The position numbers and the translations under genes are program-made. 64,000 nt of DNA from Rebecca billardiae RCC1528 (taxonomy: Eukaryota > Protista > Haptophyta): the NCBI GenBank assembly GCA_965240325.2, contig OZ251242.1, forward strand, positions 1,430,096-1,494,095, read 5' to 3'. Shown one piece after another: positions 9,677-25,431 of this stretch (position 1 is the first letter of the stretch; the number at the start of each line of letters is the position of its first letter). The notes under the pieces were generated by a model that worked only from the letters and a program-made list of their open reading frames with translations, was not told where the DNA came from and did no database searches.

Positions 9677-11827
9677 CTACCCCCGTAGGCGGTGGTACGC
9701 CTTGTGGTGGTGCTCGTGCTCGTGGTTGGCCGAGTCGAAGACGCAGCCCCGGGGGCACACGTGGAAGTGGCCGAACAGCAGCGAGCGGTGCGAGTCGAGC
9801 CGGCGCCGCCCAAAGTGCGAGCCCCACGCGTCCTCCTCGCCCGGCCCTGCGCGCACGCACCAGCGCGGGCACTCCACGCCCGCACGCTCGGGCGCGGGCG
9901 TGGGCGTGGGCGTGGGCGCGGCCGACGCGCCGACGCCCGCCGCCCCGGCCGCACCCGCCGAGCCAGCCGCCGCCCTCGGCCCGGGCGTGGGCGTCCAGCG
10001 CACGATCTCGTCGAGGCCTGCGTCGTAGACGATGTTGTCCAGCCCGTCTGTGTAGATCACGTCGCGCACGCCGTCCTGCGCGCGCACGGTGTCCACGCCG
10101 CGCCCGCCGCGAATCTTGTCGTAGCCCTGCCCGCCGACGATCACGTCGTTGCCGGGCCCACCTGATCCCGCCGCGGGGCCGCGCGCGTGCACGCGGCGCG
10201 CTTTGGCCGTGAGCGCGCGCGGCGCGCGGTGCGCGGCAGATTGGTCGCGCCGCGCCGCGCGCCAGCGCGCCGGTGCGCGCGCACCGTAGAGGTAGTTGGC
10301 CACCTCGCCGCCGTTGGCGCCGCTGCCGTCGTCGCCGCCGGTGATGAGGTCCGCCCCGTGCCCGCCGAGGATCACGTTCACCGCGTCGCCCGCCGCGTTG
10401 TCCGCGCCGCCGAGCTGGTGCCCCGCGTTGCCTCCGCGCAGCACGTCCGCACGGCCGCCGCCGACCAGGTGGTTGTGCACGCTGCCGCCGCTCGAGCCGT
10501 CGGCGTCGACGTCGCCGCCGTCGCCGCCGACGAGCTGGTCAAAGTCGCGGCCGCCGAAGAGCCTGTTCGTCGCGTCGCCGCCGACGAGCATCGAGCCGCC
10601 CAGCGCCTCGCCCGCGTGCCCGCCCACGAGCGCGTCCGCGTGGTCGCCGCCTCTGAGCACGTTGCTCACCGCGCCGCCGCTCGCGCGCAGCCCGCTCGCG
10701 CCGCCCGCGTCGCCGCCCTTGAGGTAGTCGCCGTTCTGCCCGCCGTAGAGCCGGTTGAGCGCGTCGCCGCCGCGCACGTCCGTGCCGCCCGCGTCGCCCG
10801 CGTTGCCGCCGAACGCGTGGTCGTACCCCTCCTCCGCGCGGAAGACGTTGCGCGCCGCGCCGCCGTCCGCGTCCTCTCCGTACGCGTCGCCGCCGTCGCC
10901 GCCGTAGAACCAGTCGTACCCGGGGCCGCCGGACGCGATCGTCTCGGCGTCGCCCGCGACGACGCTGGTGCCGTCGGCCTCGCCCGCGTCGCCCGCGTAG
11001 ATCACGTCGCGGCCGTGCCCGCCGTCCACGTACGTGTACGCGTCGCCGCCGGCGCTGCCCGCGCCGCTCGCGTCGCCGCCCGCGCCGGTGAGCACGGTGT
11101 CCGCGCCGCCGCCCGCGAGCACGCGGCTGGACGCGTCGCCGCCGACGGCGCCGCCCGAGCCGGTGGCGTCGCCGGCGTCGCCGACGTTGATCGTGTCGCC
11201 GCCGCTCCCGCCGAACACCACGTTCGCCACGCCGCCGCCCGTCCCCGGCGCGGACGCGTCGCCGGCGTTGCCGCCGCCGACGTTGTCCGAGCCGTCGGCG
11301 GCGCGCACGACGTTGCTCGCGCCGCCGCCCGCCGCGCCGCCGGTGGAGATCGAGGCGCCGTCGCCGAGCTCGGCCTGGTCGGCGCCCTTGCCGAGGTAGG
11401 CCGTGTTGTACGCCGCGCCGCCCGCCGCGCCGCCGTCGCCCAGCTTGACGGCGTCGTGCCCCCAGTTCGCGTCGACCACGTTGGTCACGGCCGCGTCGGT
11501 CGCGGGGCCGGCCGCGTCCAGCCCGCTGATCGCGTCGTTGCCGCCGAGGCCGACGAGCAGGTTGCTCGACGAGCCGGCGCCGGTGCTCTTGCCCGCCAGC
11601 GTGTCCGCCGCCGAAGTGCCCGTCTGCACGTAGTCGTACTGGTCCGGGTCGAACTGGTCGCTCAGCTTGAGCGCGCGCGCGGGCCGCGCGCCATCGGCGC
11701 GCTCGCGCGCGCCACCGCGCGGCTGCTGCGCGGGCGCGAGCGCAGCGGGCTCATCGGCCGCCTGCTGCTGCGCAGCCGCGAGCGCGGCGAGCGTGAAGAG
11801 GCACGCCGCCGCCGCCCGCGGCACCAT
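9677..11827 (-). CDS. Secreted Gly/Asp-rich RTX (hemolysin-type Ca2+-binding) repeat protein, paralogue A; intron 10162-10284
   Basis: Signal peptide MVPRAAAACLFTLAALAAAQQ. Repeated GGxGxDx(L/I/V)x nonapeptides (GLGGNDAIS, GGSGGDTIN, GGHGRDVIY, GGPGNDVIV, GGRGVDTVR). Pro/Thr linker and Cys/His C-terminal module. Confidence 0.8.
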   Translation of the reverse strand: MVPRAAAACLFTLAALAAAQQQAADEPAALAPAQQPRGGARERADGARPARALKLSDQFDPDQYDYVQTGTSAADTLAGKSTGAGSSSNLLVGLGGNDAISGLDAAGPATDAAVTNVVDANWGHDAVKLGDGGAAGGAAYNTAYLGKGADQAELGDGASISTGGAAGGGASNVVRAADGSDNVGGGNAGDASAPGTGGGVANVVFGGSGGDTINVGDAGDATGSGGAVGGDASSRVLAGGGADTVLTGAGGDASGAGSAGGDAYTYVDGGHGRDVIYAGDAGEADGTSVVAGDAETIASGGPGYDWFYGGDGGDAYGEDADGGAARNVFRAEEGYDHAFGGNAGDAGGTDVRGGDALNRLYGGQNGDYLKGGDAGGASGLRASGGAVSNVLRGGDHADALVGGHAGEALGGSMLVGGDATNRLFGGRDFDQLVGGDGGDVDADGSSGGSVHNHLVGGGRADVLRGGNAGHQLGGADNAAGDAVNVILGGHGADLITGGDDGSGANGGEVANYLYGARAPARWRAARRDQSAAHRAPRALTAKARRVHARGPAAGSGGPGNDVIVGGQGYDKIRGGRGVDTVRAQDGVRDVIYTDGLDNIVYDAGLDEIVRWTPTPGPRAAAGSAGAAGAAGVGASAAPTPTPTPAPERAGVECPRWCVRAGPGEEDAWGSHFGRRRLDSHRSLLFGHFHVCPRGCVFDSANHEHEHHHKAYHRLRG

Positions 11828-12547
11828 CTCGACTCGCCGCGGCGCGCGGAGTCGCAGCGGGGCGGCGCCTGCGCTGCTCGCCGCTGCTCGGGCCACGCCC
11901 TCCCTGCGGCTGGGCGTCCCTCGCTGCTCGCTCAAGAAGAGCTCGCCGCCGCCGGACCGCACCGGCGCCGGGCTTGAACTGCTTCGTCACGGCGCATGGC
12001 GGGCAATGGCGCTCATCATTGCGACACGTTCACTCGGCTTGAACCGCCGGACATTAGTAGTCAACTTACCCGCGCGAATAGCTCTGCTCAGTCCTTCAGA
12101 TGATAGGGAATTAGGGATGCAGGGCCGGGCCGGCGCGTTGCCAGGCCGCGAGGGCAGTACACGCTCGAACGCGCGAGGTCAAGGCGGCTGCTCCCTGGCG
12201 AGATCGGCAGATCGCGCGGGGTGGACGCGCTACGCCCCCTCACATAGCCGAAATTTGGGCGGTGGGCGCACCCGGCTCTTTTACTAGGAGTTTCAGACTC
12301 CCGGCGGAGCTCAGGACTGCAGATGCAGTGGCGATGCACTTTGGGTCCGTGGCCTCTCAAGTTTTGAATAGGCGTGGAATGGGTCGTAACCCACCTGATG
12401 CGCGTCTCCAATAAGTAGGTGCGCCCGCCGCGCCGGCGCGACCAAAACTGTGCGCGCCGCTCAAGGTTTGCGCGGGCGGCGCAGAGGCGCAAAGCTCGGG
12501 GGGGCTCGTCCGGCGCGTTGGGGGCACCGCCAGACAAGGGGGCCACG

Positions 12548-14967
12548 ATGCTGCGAGTGGCGTGCCTCACGCTCGCAGCACTCGCGGCGGTGCAGGCCGC
12601 GGAGCCGGCCGCCGAGTCCGCGCGGCAGGATGCCAAGCACCACGATCACACGCACCACCGCCACAGGTACGGCGTCGACGCCCTGCGCGCGCGCGCGAGC
12701 ACGAGCGAGCGGGCCGGCCGCGCGGGAGGGGGCGGGTCGAGCGCGCGCGGCGGCTGCGCACGAGCTGTCGGGCGCGCCGCGCCCGCGAGCGCTCACGCGC
12801 GGAGGGCACCCATTCGTGCCGCGCCCACCGCGCGGCCCCGCAGCTCGCACAAGTCGGCGGGCGCCTCGCGGCCCGCGCGCGCGCTCAAGCTGAACGACCA
12901 GTTCGACTCGGACAACTACGACTACTACACGACCGGCAAACTTGGGCCGGACACGCTGCAGGCCTCTAGCACCGGGGGCTCGGAGTCGAGCAACTTGATC
13001 GTTGGCCGCGCCGGTGCTGACGACATCACCGGTCTGAACGCGGATGGCTGGAACGGGTGGGATCAATACGTGACAAACGTGATCGACGCCAACGCGGGCG
13101 ACGACCAGGTCAAGCTGGGCGATGCCGGCAAGAGCGGCGGCTCCGCGTACAACAAGGCGTACCTCGGGCAAGGCGCGGACCAGGTCGAGCTTGGCGACGG
13201 CTCGGGCCCCGGCAAGTACGGCGACGGCGGCTCCGCGCTCAACCTCGTCGTCGGCGGCAAGGGCGGCGACGTGTTCACCGGCGGCAACGCCGCCAACGGC
13301 GCCTTCAGCGGCGGGAAGGCGGGCGTCGTGGCCAACTACATCAACGGCGGCGGCGGCCGGGACGTGGTCAACGTTGGCGACGCCGGCGACGCGAACATGA
13401 TCGCCTCGGTCGGTGGCAGCACGCTCAACGTGATCACGACCGGGAACGGCGACGACACCATCCTGGGCGGCGACGCGGGCGAGGTGACGGGCGGCCAGTA
13501 CTCCACCGCCGGCAGCACCGTCACGTTCGTCGACGGCGGCCGCGGCCGCGACGTGATCTACGCCGGCGGCGCCGGCGACACCCTCGGCGTGGGCACGAAG
13601 GGCGGCGACGCGACGACGTACGCCACGGGCGGCCTCGGGTACGACTGGTTCTACGGCGGCGACGGCGGCGACGCGTACGGCCTCCAGACCGAGGGCGGCA
13701 CCGTCAAGAACGTCTTCCGCGCGGAGGAGGGGTACGACCACGCGTTCGGCGGCAACGCGGGCGACGCGTACGGCCAGGACGTGAGAGCGGGCGACGCGAT
13801 CAACAAGCTGTACGGCGGGAAGAACCAGGACTACCTGAAGGGCGGCGACGCCGGCGACGTGGCGGGCAAGCAGGCCTTCAACTCGGTGGGCGGGTACGTG
13901 AACAACGTGCTCGTGGGCGGCGACCACTCGGACGTGCTCAAGGGCGGCAACGGCGGCGACGCCACCGGCTTCACCGTCGACGACCCCATCAACGCCAACT
14001 ACGGCGGCGTCGCGCGCAACGTGATGAAGGGCGGCAGAGACTTCGACAAGATCGTCGGCGGCGACGCGGGCTACGCCGACGCGCAGTACAACTACGGCGG
14101 CGACGTCCTCAACTACATCGACGGCGGCGCGGCCGCGGACATCCTCACCGGCGGCGACGCGGGCGGCGGCTCCTTTGGCGGGTATGGCGGCGACGCGCTC
14201 AACGTGATCCACGGCGACGGCGGCAACGACATCATCACCGGCGGTGACGACGGCACCGGCTCGACCGGCGGCGACGTGACCAACGCCCTCTACGGTGCGC
14301 GCACCGCGCGCACCCACCGCACCGCGCGCTCCGCGCCCTCGCGGCGCCGTGCTGACCAGCGAGCGCGCGCACGATGCCCCCGCTGGCCGCGCGCCCTCGC
14401 GAGCAGGCGGCCCGGGCGACGACGTGATCACCGGCGGCAAGGGCTACGACTTTATCAACGGTAGGGCCGCGGCGCGCGCGCCGGATGCGGCCCCGCGCGC
14501 GCGCGCTCACCCGCACCCCTCGCGCGCGCGCGCGCGCGCTGCCCCGGCGCGCAGGCGGGCGCGGCCACGACACGATCTTTGCGCAGGACGGCGTGCGCGA
14601 CGTGATCTACACGGACGGGCTGGACAACATCTTCTACGACGCCGGCCTCGACGAGATCCGGCAGTGGACGCCCACGCCGTCGCCCGTCCCGCTGCCGTCG
14701 CCGACACCGATGCCGACGCCCGCGCCCACACCTGACCCGGTCGACTGCCCCAAGTACTGCGTGCCCGAGCGGCGCCAGCTCGAGGAGGCGAGCGCGGACG
14801 AGCAGCAGTGGGGCGCGCCGGGCCGGCGCGAGCGCGGAGAGCGCGGCTACTCGCACCGCTCGCTGCTGTTCGGCCACTTCCACATGTGCCCCCAGGGCTG
14901 CGTCTTCGACACCGCCAACCACGCGCACGAGCACCCCAAGAAGACCTACCACCGCCGCCGCGGCTAA
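12548..14967 (+). CDS. Secreted RTX repeat protein, paralogue B; introns 12667-12843, 14295-14406, 14461-14554
   Basis: Signal peptide MLRVACLTLAALAAVQA. Colinear with paralogue A (shared RPARALKL.DQFD, YDWFYGGDGGDAYG, NVFRAEEGYDHAFGGNAGDA, AQDGVRDVIYTDGLDNI.YDAGLDEI, HRSLLFGHFH.CP.GCVFD). One intron position (LYG|GPG) is shared. Confidence 0.8.
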
Positions 14968-15456
14968 GCGGCGCGCGCGCCGGCGTGCGGCCGCCCCAGC
15001 GATGCCCCTCATCATGTCCTGCCTCGCGCAGCCGCGGCGAAGCGGCGCGACCCCGCATCGGCGACGGGCGGCGCCACCGACACGCCGCGCACCCCCACCT
15101 CGCGACTAGACGCTCGGGCCGCGATGCACGTGAGCATCCCGGTCTCCTGGCACCAGCCGAGCCCGGACCTGAGTAAACGTCCGACGCCCGCGCTGCCTTA
15201 TTACATAACTCGATCCATCGGCGCGTGGTGCAGATTCACTACGTCCTGCACCGACTACCGCATGCCGCGACGATGAGCAAGATGTAACGACGCGAGGACT
15301 CTCGTCGGCCGCACCTGACTGACCTGTCAGTGTCGGCCCGGTCCGGTCGCAGGCTACGCTGGCGCACGCTGCGGGCCCTCCGCGCCCGTGGGCACTCGGC
15401 ACCGCCGTGGCCTCCGCTTTGACAATGTCAGTCTGATCAGCAGTCGTCGATATGCC

Positions 15457-15488
<32 letters not shown>

Positions 15489-15880
15489 GTAGCGCAGTAT
15501 AAACCCGCCGTGAGGTTGTGATCGTAGCTATATTCGTAGCAGTGCCATGCATGAATGCGCACAGGCCCGGCGCGCGCCGCGCCACGCACCGGCAGCCGCC
15601 AGTCCGGTTAGGGCGTTAGGCCAGTGGCAGTGGCCTGTCACTGACACGGTCACGGAGTCGCGTCCGAGTGAGTGCGACTGCGAGTCGCCGAGACGAGGTC
15701 GAGAGCGGCGTGATGACGAGACGACCGCCGTCAGACCGCGCCTGATGACGGACCGTCGAGCGCCTCCGAGCGGTAAGAGCAGTCACGGCTGCCACTCACC
15801 GGGCAGAGTCGTACGTGCTGATGATGAAGGGAACGACTACGAGATGCCGCGGCGGCGGGACCCGGCGGCGGGACCGCCGG

Positions 15881-16542
15881 TCAGCCCTCGCCGAGTAGCA
15901 GCTGCTTGTACGCCGAGAGCGCCGCCGCGAGCAGCGCGCCATCGGCGGGAGCGCCCGGGCGGCTGACGGCGTTGCCTGGTTGGCGACGGCGCGCCGTGGG
16001 CATCGCCGCCCTGCGGGCCGTTGCCGCGCCGCCCTCCCGCGCGCTCTCGCCATTCATCGCGCCCGCGGCGGCGACGCCAGCGTCGGCGGGCGGCTCCGGG
16101 CGTGGCGCGAACGCAGCTCGGAGCGAGCCGCGCTCAGGGTGCGCGCGCGGCGGCCGGGGCCGTGCCGCGGCCGCGCGCCGCCAGCCGAAGGCGACGCGCG
16201 CCTCCCGCGCCTCGGGGAGCGGCTGGCGTGCCTCCGCCTCCGCCTCCGCCTTATCCGCCTCCGCCTCCGCCTCGGCCTCCGCCTCGCTGCCGCTATCGGC
16301 ATACCCCAGCGGGCCGCGCAGCCGCGCGCCGCCCGCGCCGCCGACAGAGATGCGCAGGGCGCCCCCCTCCGCGCCCTCCCCCGCGCCGTCCTCGCCCTCG
16401 CCCTCGGGCTGCCTTCCCCCCGGCTGCGTGCCGCCCTCTGCGCCGGCCTCGTCGCCGTCCTCGCCCGCGCCCTCGGCGCCACCCCAGCCGCCAAACACGC
16501 CGTCAGCGCACCCCTCACCCTCACCCTCGCCCTCGCCCTCCG

Positions 16543-16577
<35 letters not shown>

Positions 16578-17391
16578 CCCGTGTCGGGCGCGCCGTCCGC
16601 GTCCGTGTCGAGGCCCTCGTCGCCCCGCTCGGCGTCTGCCTCCTCCGCCTCCTCCCCCTCCTCCTCCGCGCCCTCCTCCTCGTCTCCGCTCAGCGGGCCG
16701 CCCTGCGGGCCGCGCTCCGCGCCCGCGCCGCCGCCGCCGTCGTCGCCGAGCGCGCCGCCCGCGCCGCCCGCGGCTGAAAGTCCGGTGAGAGAGAGAGTGA
16801 GCACGCCACTCAGCCCGCGCTTGGTGTACGGCGCCTCCGCGCCCTCCGCCTCATCCTCCGCCAGCACGGCGCCGCCCACCGCCTCGTCCAGCCCGGCCAT
16901 CCCGCCCGTCTCCTCGTCCGCGCCGCCGAGCGCGCTGGCCGCGCCCAGGGCGCTGCCGCGCACGCTGCTGCCGCGCACGCTGCCCTCGCCCGCCACGCTC
17001 CCGGCCGCGGAGGGCAGGCCGAGGCTGGGCGCGCGCGCGGCGCGCGGGCTGGGCATGCCGAGCGCGCCGCTGGGCATCAGCGCGCCGCCCTCGTCCAGCG
17101 TCGACTCCGTCGGCACCGGCAGCCGCCGCTTGGCGCCAGCGCCGCCGGGCGCGCCGCCGCCGCCGGGGCCGCCGGGGAGCTGCAGCCGCGGCCCGCCCGC
17201 GCCCGAGCTGCCGCCCGCGGCGGCGTCGGCGTCGGCGTCGTCGTCGGCGTCGAGCTGGACCGAGATGGGCGGCTGGGCTACGCCCGGCCAGAGCGGCGCG
17301 CCCGCGTCGTCCACGTCCATCGCCGCCTCGCCCCCGCGCTCCGCGGCCGCCGCCGCCTCCGCCTCCGCCTCCGCCGCCGCCTCCGCCGCCG

Positions 17392-17470
<79 letters not shown>

Positions 17471-18212
17471 GCGCCGCTGCCGCTTGCGCTCCGCCTTCTC
17501 CTCGCGCCGGCGGCGCGCGGCCTCCTCCGCCTCGGCGTCGGCCGCGCCGCCGGCCGCGCCGCCCTCCGCGCCGGCGGGCCAGCCGCCCGCCAGGCTCGTC
17601 CGCGCGCGCGCCAGCACGTCTTCCCTGGGCGGCCGCACGCACTGGAAGGCGTACACGCGCCCGTGCTGCCCGCCCTCCACGAACCGCACCTCGAGCTCGG
17701 AGTAGTCGGCGGAGACGGCGACGACCTCGGCGGGGTAGAAGGTGGAGGTGACCTCGCCCGTCTCCTCGTCCGGCCACAGCGCGAGCACCTCCTCGCCTGC
17801 GCCGCCGGGGCGCGCACGCGCCGCGCGGGCCGCGCGCGCGGTGAGCGCACCGCGCCGCGCGGCGCGTCGTGCGCGCGCGGAGGCGCCTACCGGGCTCGTA
17901 CGGGGCGGCGAGGAGGTCGGGGTAGCGCGCGATGCCAAAGAGCGACACGAGGTGCACCTCGCCCAGCCCGACCGCCGGCACGCCCGCGCCCTCGGGCGAC
18001 TCGTCGATCACGGCGTACGCGTCCCGGCCGCGCTCAAAGCCGACCGCGCGCGAGACGATCCAGTGCCACGAGCGCTCGCCCGAGCCGTCGTCGGCGGTGA
18101 GCAGGACGTGCGCGGCGGCCGTGCGGCCGATCAGCTGCAGCGGGTCGTGCCACGCGCACGCCTCGAGCGGCTCGAGCCGCAGCGAGACGGCCGAGGCCGA
18201 CGACGCCATCAT
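15881..18212 (-). CDS. SGF29-like tandem Tudor protein with polyQ and acidic tail; intron 17797-17890
   Basis: Spliced PYEP|GEEVLALWPDEETGEVTSTFYPAEVV resembles the SGF29 Tudor motif (VLALYPxTTxFYxA). It is preceded by AYAVIDESPEG and followed by an NLS-like RRRREEKAERKR. Confidence 0.6.
17393..17468 (-). repeat. Pure (CAG)n tract, about 25 units, encoding polyglutamine
   Basis: Uninterrupted CTG run on the + strand within the Tudor-protein CDS. Confidence 0.95.
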
Positions 18213-18529
18213 CACGCGCGTGGAAGCCGAGGCCGCCGGCCGCGTCGCGCCGGGCTGGTCCTGCTCACCAAAAGCGCGGCGCTTTTCACTTTATTCGATC
18301 GAAGATCGACCATCGAAATGTACACGCGACTAAAAACAAACTACGAATACAGTAAAGTTACGGGATCGCTGGATGCAGCGGTGCCCAATCCTGCTGCCAG
18401 ACCGCTCGACTGCACACCCGCTCCCCGCCTGGAGCTCGCTCGCCCGGCGCGCTCTGGCAGCGCCCAGCCTCGCGAGCCCCGCCGTGGCGGCGCCGAGGCT
18501 CGTGCGCAAGCACCGCGCCGCGCGCGCGC

Positions 18530-22526
<3,997 letters not shown>

Positions 22527-22838
22527 TCTGATATGCCAAAGTGCACTGATGGGCCTGCTGCGCACAGCGAGGGCCCTTCGCCTGATTCGCGCACGCACTC
22601 GTCGTCAACGACTCGTCCGACGAGAGGCCGCAGCACGCCGCCAGGCGGCGCCAAGGCACGCGCGGCCAGCAGTCGTATACGACCGTACTAGTACCGCTTC
22701 AACGCAGCTGCTGCTGATGCGTGACGATGATGATGGCATAACGCGCGATGATGACGCGCGACTCTACTGCATGACGATATGTGAGACTGAATACGATATG
22801 ACGCAACGATGCTGCTGCCGAAGACAGACTCAGTCTCG

Positions 22839-23804
22839 TCAGAGCACGTCGAAGGAGGCGCGCACGAGCTCGAGCTCCGCCCACACGGCGCCCGCCTGCT
22901 GCTGCGCGGCCGCGGGGCCGCCCAGCGGCGCGGAGACGTCGAGCAGCCAGAGCACGTCCGCCTCGAGCCCGCCCGCGCCGCGCGGCTCGTACGCGCCGCC
23001 GCCGTCGAGCAGCGCGTCGCGGCCGAGGGCGGTCGGCAGCGCGCCGCCCGGCCGCGCGCCGCCGCTCCGCTGTGCCGCGCTCAGGCCGAGCGGCAGCCGG
23101 CCTGCGGTGAGGGCGCACGCGTGCCGCCGGCGCAGGTCGCGCCCGCCCGCGTCGCACGCGCCGTCGACCCACGCGGCGGGCGGGCACGCGCTCGCCTCGT
23201 ACCCAAAGCTCACGTACCGGCGGGTCGCGCCCAGCTGCAACCCGCCGCCGCCGCCGCCGCCGCCGCCGTCGGCTCGGCGCGCGTTGCGCAGCTCGTCCGC
23301 CTCGACGGCGCCGATGGTGACGCTGAGCAGGCGCGAGGCGGGCGAGGCGACCTGCGCCTGTAGCGCGCGGCCGACGGCGTCCACCGCGTCGCGCGCCGAC
23401 GCGGTGGGCGGCCGGCTGAGCAGCGCGCCCGCCAGCTCGGTCTGTGCTCGAGCGTCGAGCAGCGGGCCGCCCAGCTCGGCGCGCGCGGGCGCGGCGCGCA
23501 CGCCGGCGTCGAGGGGCACGCACGTGAGTCGCGCCTCGGCGCCCGTCTCCGCGCGCGCCGCGAGCAGCACCACCTCCGCGTGCGTGCCCGAGAAGGTGTC
23601 GAGCTTGCGCCGCACCGCCCAGCCCTCTGGCAGCTGCAGCCGCCACGCCGCGCCCTCGCCGCCGACGGTGGCGGCGGCGGCGGGGAGCGGGCGTGGCAGG
23701 AGGGGCGGAGCGGCGGGTAGGAGCTCCGCGCTCAGCAGCGCCGCGAGCGCCGACAGCGAGCGCGTGCCGAGCTCGCGCCGCGTCGGCGGCGGCGCGCCGC
23801 GCAT
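22839..23804 (-). CDS. PsbP-domain-like thylakoid lumen protein (5' end uncertain)
   Basis: Twin-arginine-like TRR followed by a hydrophobic stretch and [12 protein letters not shown] and C-terminal [14 protein letters not shown] resemble the PsbP fold ends. Confidence 0.55.
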   Translation of the reverse strand: MRGAPPPTRRELGTRSLSALAALLSAELLPAAPPLLPRPLPAAAATVGGEGAAWRLQLPEGWAVRRKLDTFSGTHAEVVLLAARAETGAEARLTCVPLDAGVRAAPARAELGGPLLDARAQTELAGALLSRPPTASARDAVDAVGRALQAQVASPASRLLSVTIGAVEADELRNARRADGGGGGGGGGLQLGATRRYVSFGYEASACPPAAWVDGACDAGGRDLRRRHACALTAGRLPLGLSAAQRSGGARPGGALPTALGRDALLDGGGAYEPRGAGGLEADVLWLLDVSAPLGGPAAAQQQAGAVWAELELVRASFDVL

Positions 23805-23946
23805 CGTTGGGGCGTGAGAGACGCAAGCAGCGCGCGGCCGGGCGCGAGCTCGCCGCCTCCGCCTGCAGGGGCAGGACCGGACCTTCTTGCAGCAGAGGGT
23901 CGGCCGCCATCGTTCGGAGGCTGCGTCGCCGCCGCGTGTGGGCAAG

Positions 23947-25048
23947 AGTGCGCGCGCCCGGCGGCGCGCGCGTTGCGCACGCGGCGCGCGCGCGCGCTCC
24001 CCGCGCCTCAGCCTCGCTGCCCCGCTGCCCCGCGCCACACGCACGCGCACGCACTCACACACGCCACCTCGCGCGCGCGCCACGGTCCGCAGTGCCCAAG
24101 CGCTCGACGCACACCTACGAGTCTGAGAAGGATGGCTCCGCGCTGCCCAGCGTGCAGATGCACCCGCAGTACTGCCTCTCGTGCGGCGCGTGCTGCCTCG
24201 TCTCCGACACCCCGCTCGACGCGCTCCCGCGCCGCCGCTCCGACGGCGCGCACGTGCTCGAGCCGGGCGCGGTCGTGTTTAAGCTGATGGCCAAGGAGGC
24301 GGCCATGGGGCCCGCGCTCGTGCGCCGGGGCGAGGCGGGCGTGGAGCGGCAGTGGCGGCTGGCGTGCGCCAAGTGCGAGCTGCCCGTCGCGTACCGCGCC
24401 GAGCCGGGCGCGCCCGCGTCCGCGCGCGTCTACCTGATCGACAAGGGCGTGGGGCTGCACCCGGCGCTGTCGGAGGAGGGCGGCGTGCCCAAGTGCATCC
24501 AGCCTGTCTCCACGCGCGCGGTGCGCGTGGCGTTCGAGGTGGGGCTGGGCGCGCACCGGCCGGGGATCGCGGCGATCACCGACACGGAGGTGCACGCGCA
24601 CGTGCGCGCGCCGCACATGCGCGAGGGCGCCAACGCCGAGCTGCTCGAGCTGTGCGGGCGCGTGCTGCGCGTGCACCGGCACCGGCTGCAGCTCACGCGC
24701 GGCTGGTCGTTCAAGTCCAAGTTCGTGCTGGTGGCGGGGCTGGCGCGCGGGGAGGTGCACCAGCGGCTGCGCGCGGCGATGGACACGACGGACGGCTCGT
24801 ACGCGCGCGCGCACGCCGGGCGCGCGCGCGCCGCCGCCGCGGGCGACGACGTCGACGGCGAGCGCGCGATGCCGCCGCCGCCGCCGGTCGGGCCGCCGGG
24901 CGCGCCCGGCGCGGGCGCCGCGGCCGCGCAGCGGATCGGCGCGGTCACCTCGTCGATTCGGCAGCAGTGGGAGGCGGGCGCGGGCGAGGACGACGGAGAG
25001 GACGACCCGGTCGGCGCCGCCAAACGCTTCAAGGCGGGCTGGGCCTGA
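23947..25048 (+). CDS. STEEP1/CXorf56-like domain + DUF167 (UPF0235) protein; intron 23948-24092 splits the ATG
   Basis: PKRSTHTY...YCLSCG...[18 protein letters not shown]...[18 protein letters not shown], then VPKCI...[15 protein letters not shown]...[10 protein letters not shown]. This is the architecture of the plant UPF0235 protein family. Confidence 0.85.
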
Positions 25049-25431
25049 CCGCGCTGCTCGACCCGTCGCGCGGACCGGTGGACGCCGGCTGGTCCGTGGT
25101 CGGGTTGGCCTGCCGGTGCAGTCTGATGCGCCGATCATACCGCGGGATAAAAAGGAACCATCGGAAAAGGGGCGAGATTTTCAGATTACCCTCGAAAGCG
25201 CGACGCTCGATCCTGACCAGAAGCTGCGGATCGGCGGCACCGGAATCTCAAATCTGCGCGCCGAATCCTGACGCTTCAGTTCACAGGGACAGCCTACGAG
25301 TCATGGGCACGCCGTGTCCAATAATATGTTGCGGCTCGCCAGTTGACGAGCTCTCCCGAGCAGGGGCCGTCCAAGACCGTGACCAGCCTGTGGCGCCGGT
25401 GGCACGCAGCCGATTCTTCGCGCGGCAGGCG

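Noticed and set aside
9677-14967. Calling the Gly-rich proteins PE-PGRS or RTX toxins, or bacterial contamination
   Set aside because: No PE, pore-forming or catalytic domain is visible. The genes have spliceosomal introns and host codon usage and lie on a telomere-bearing contig.
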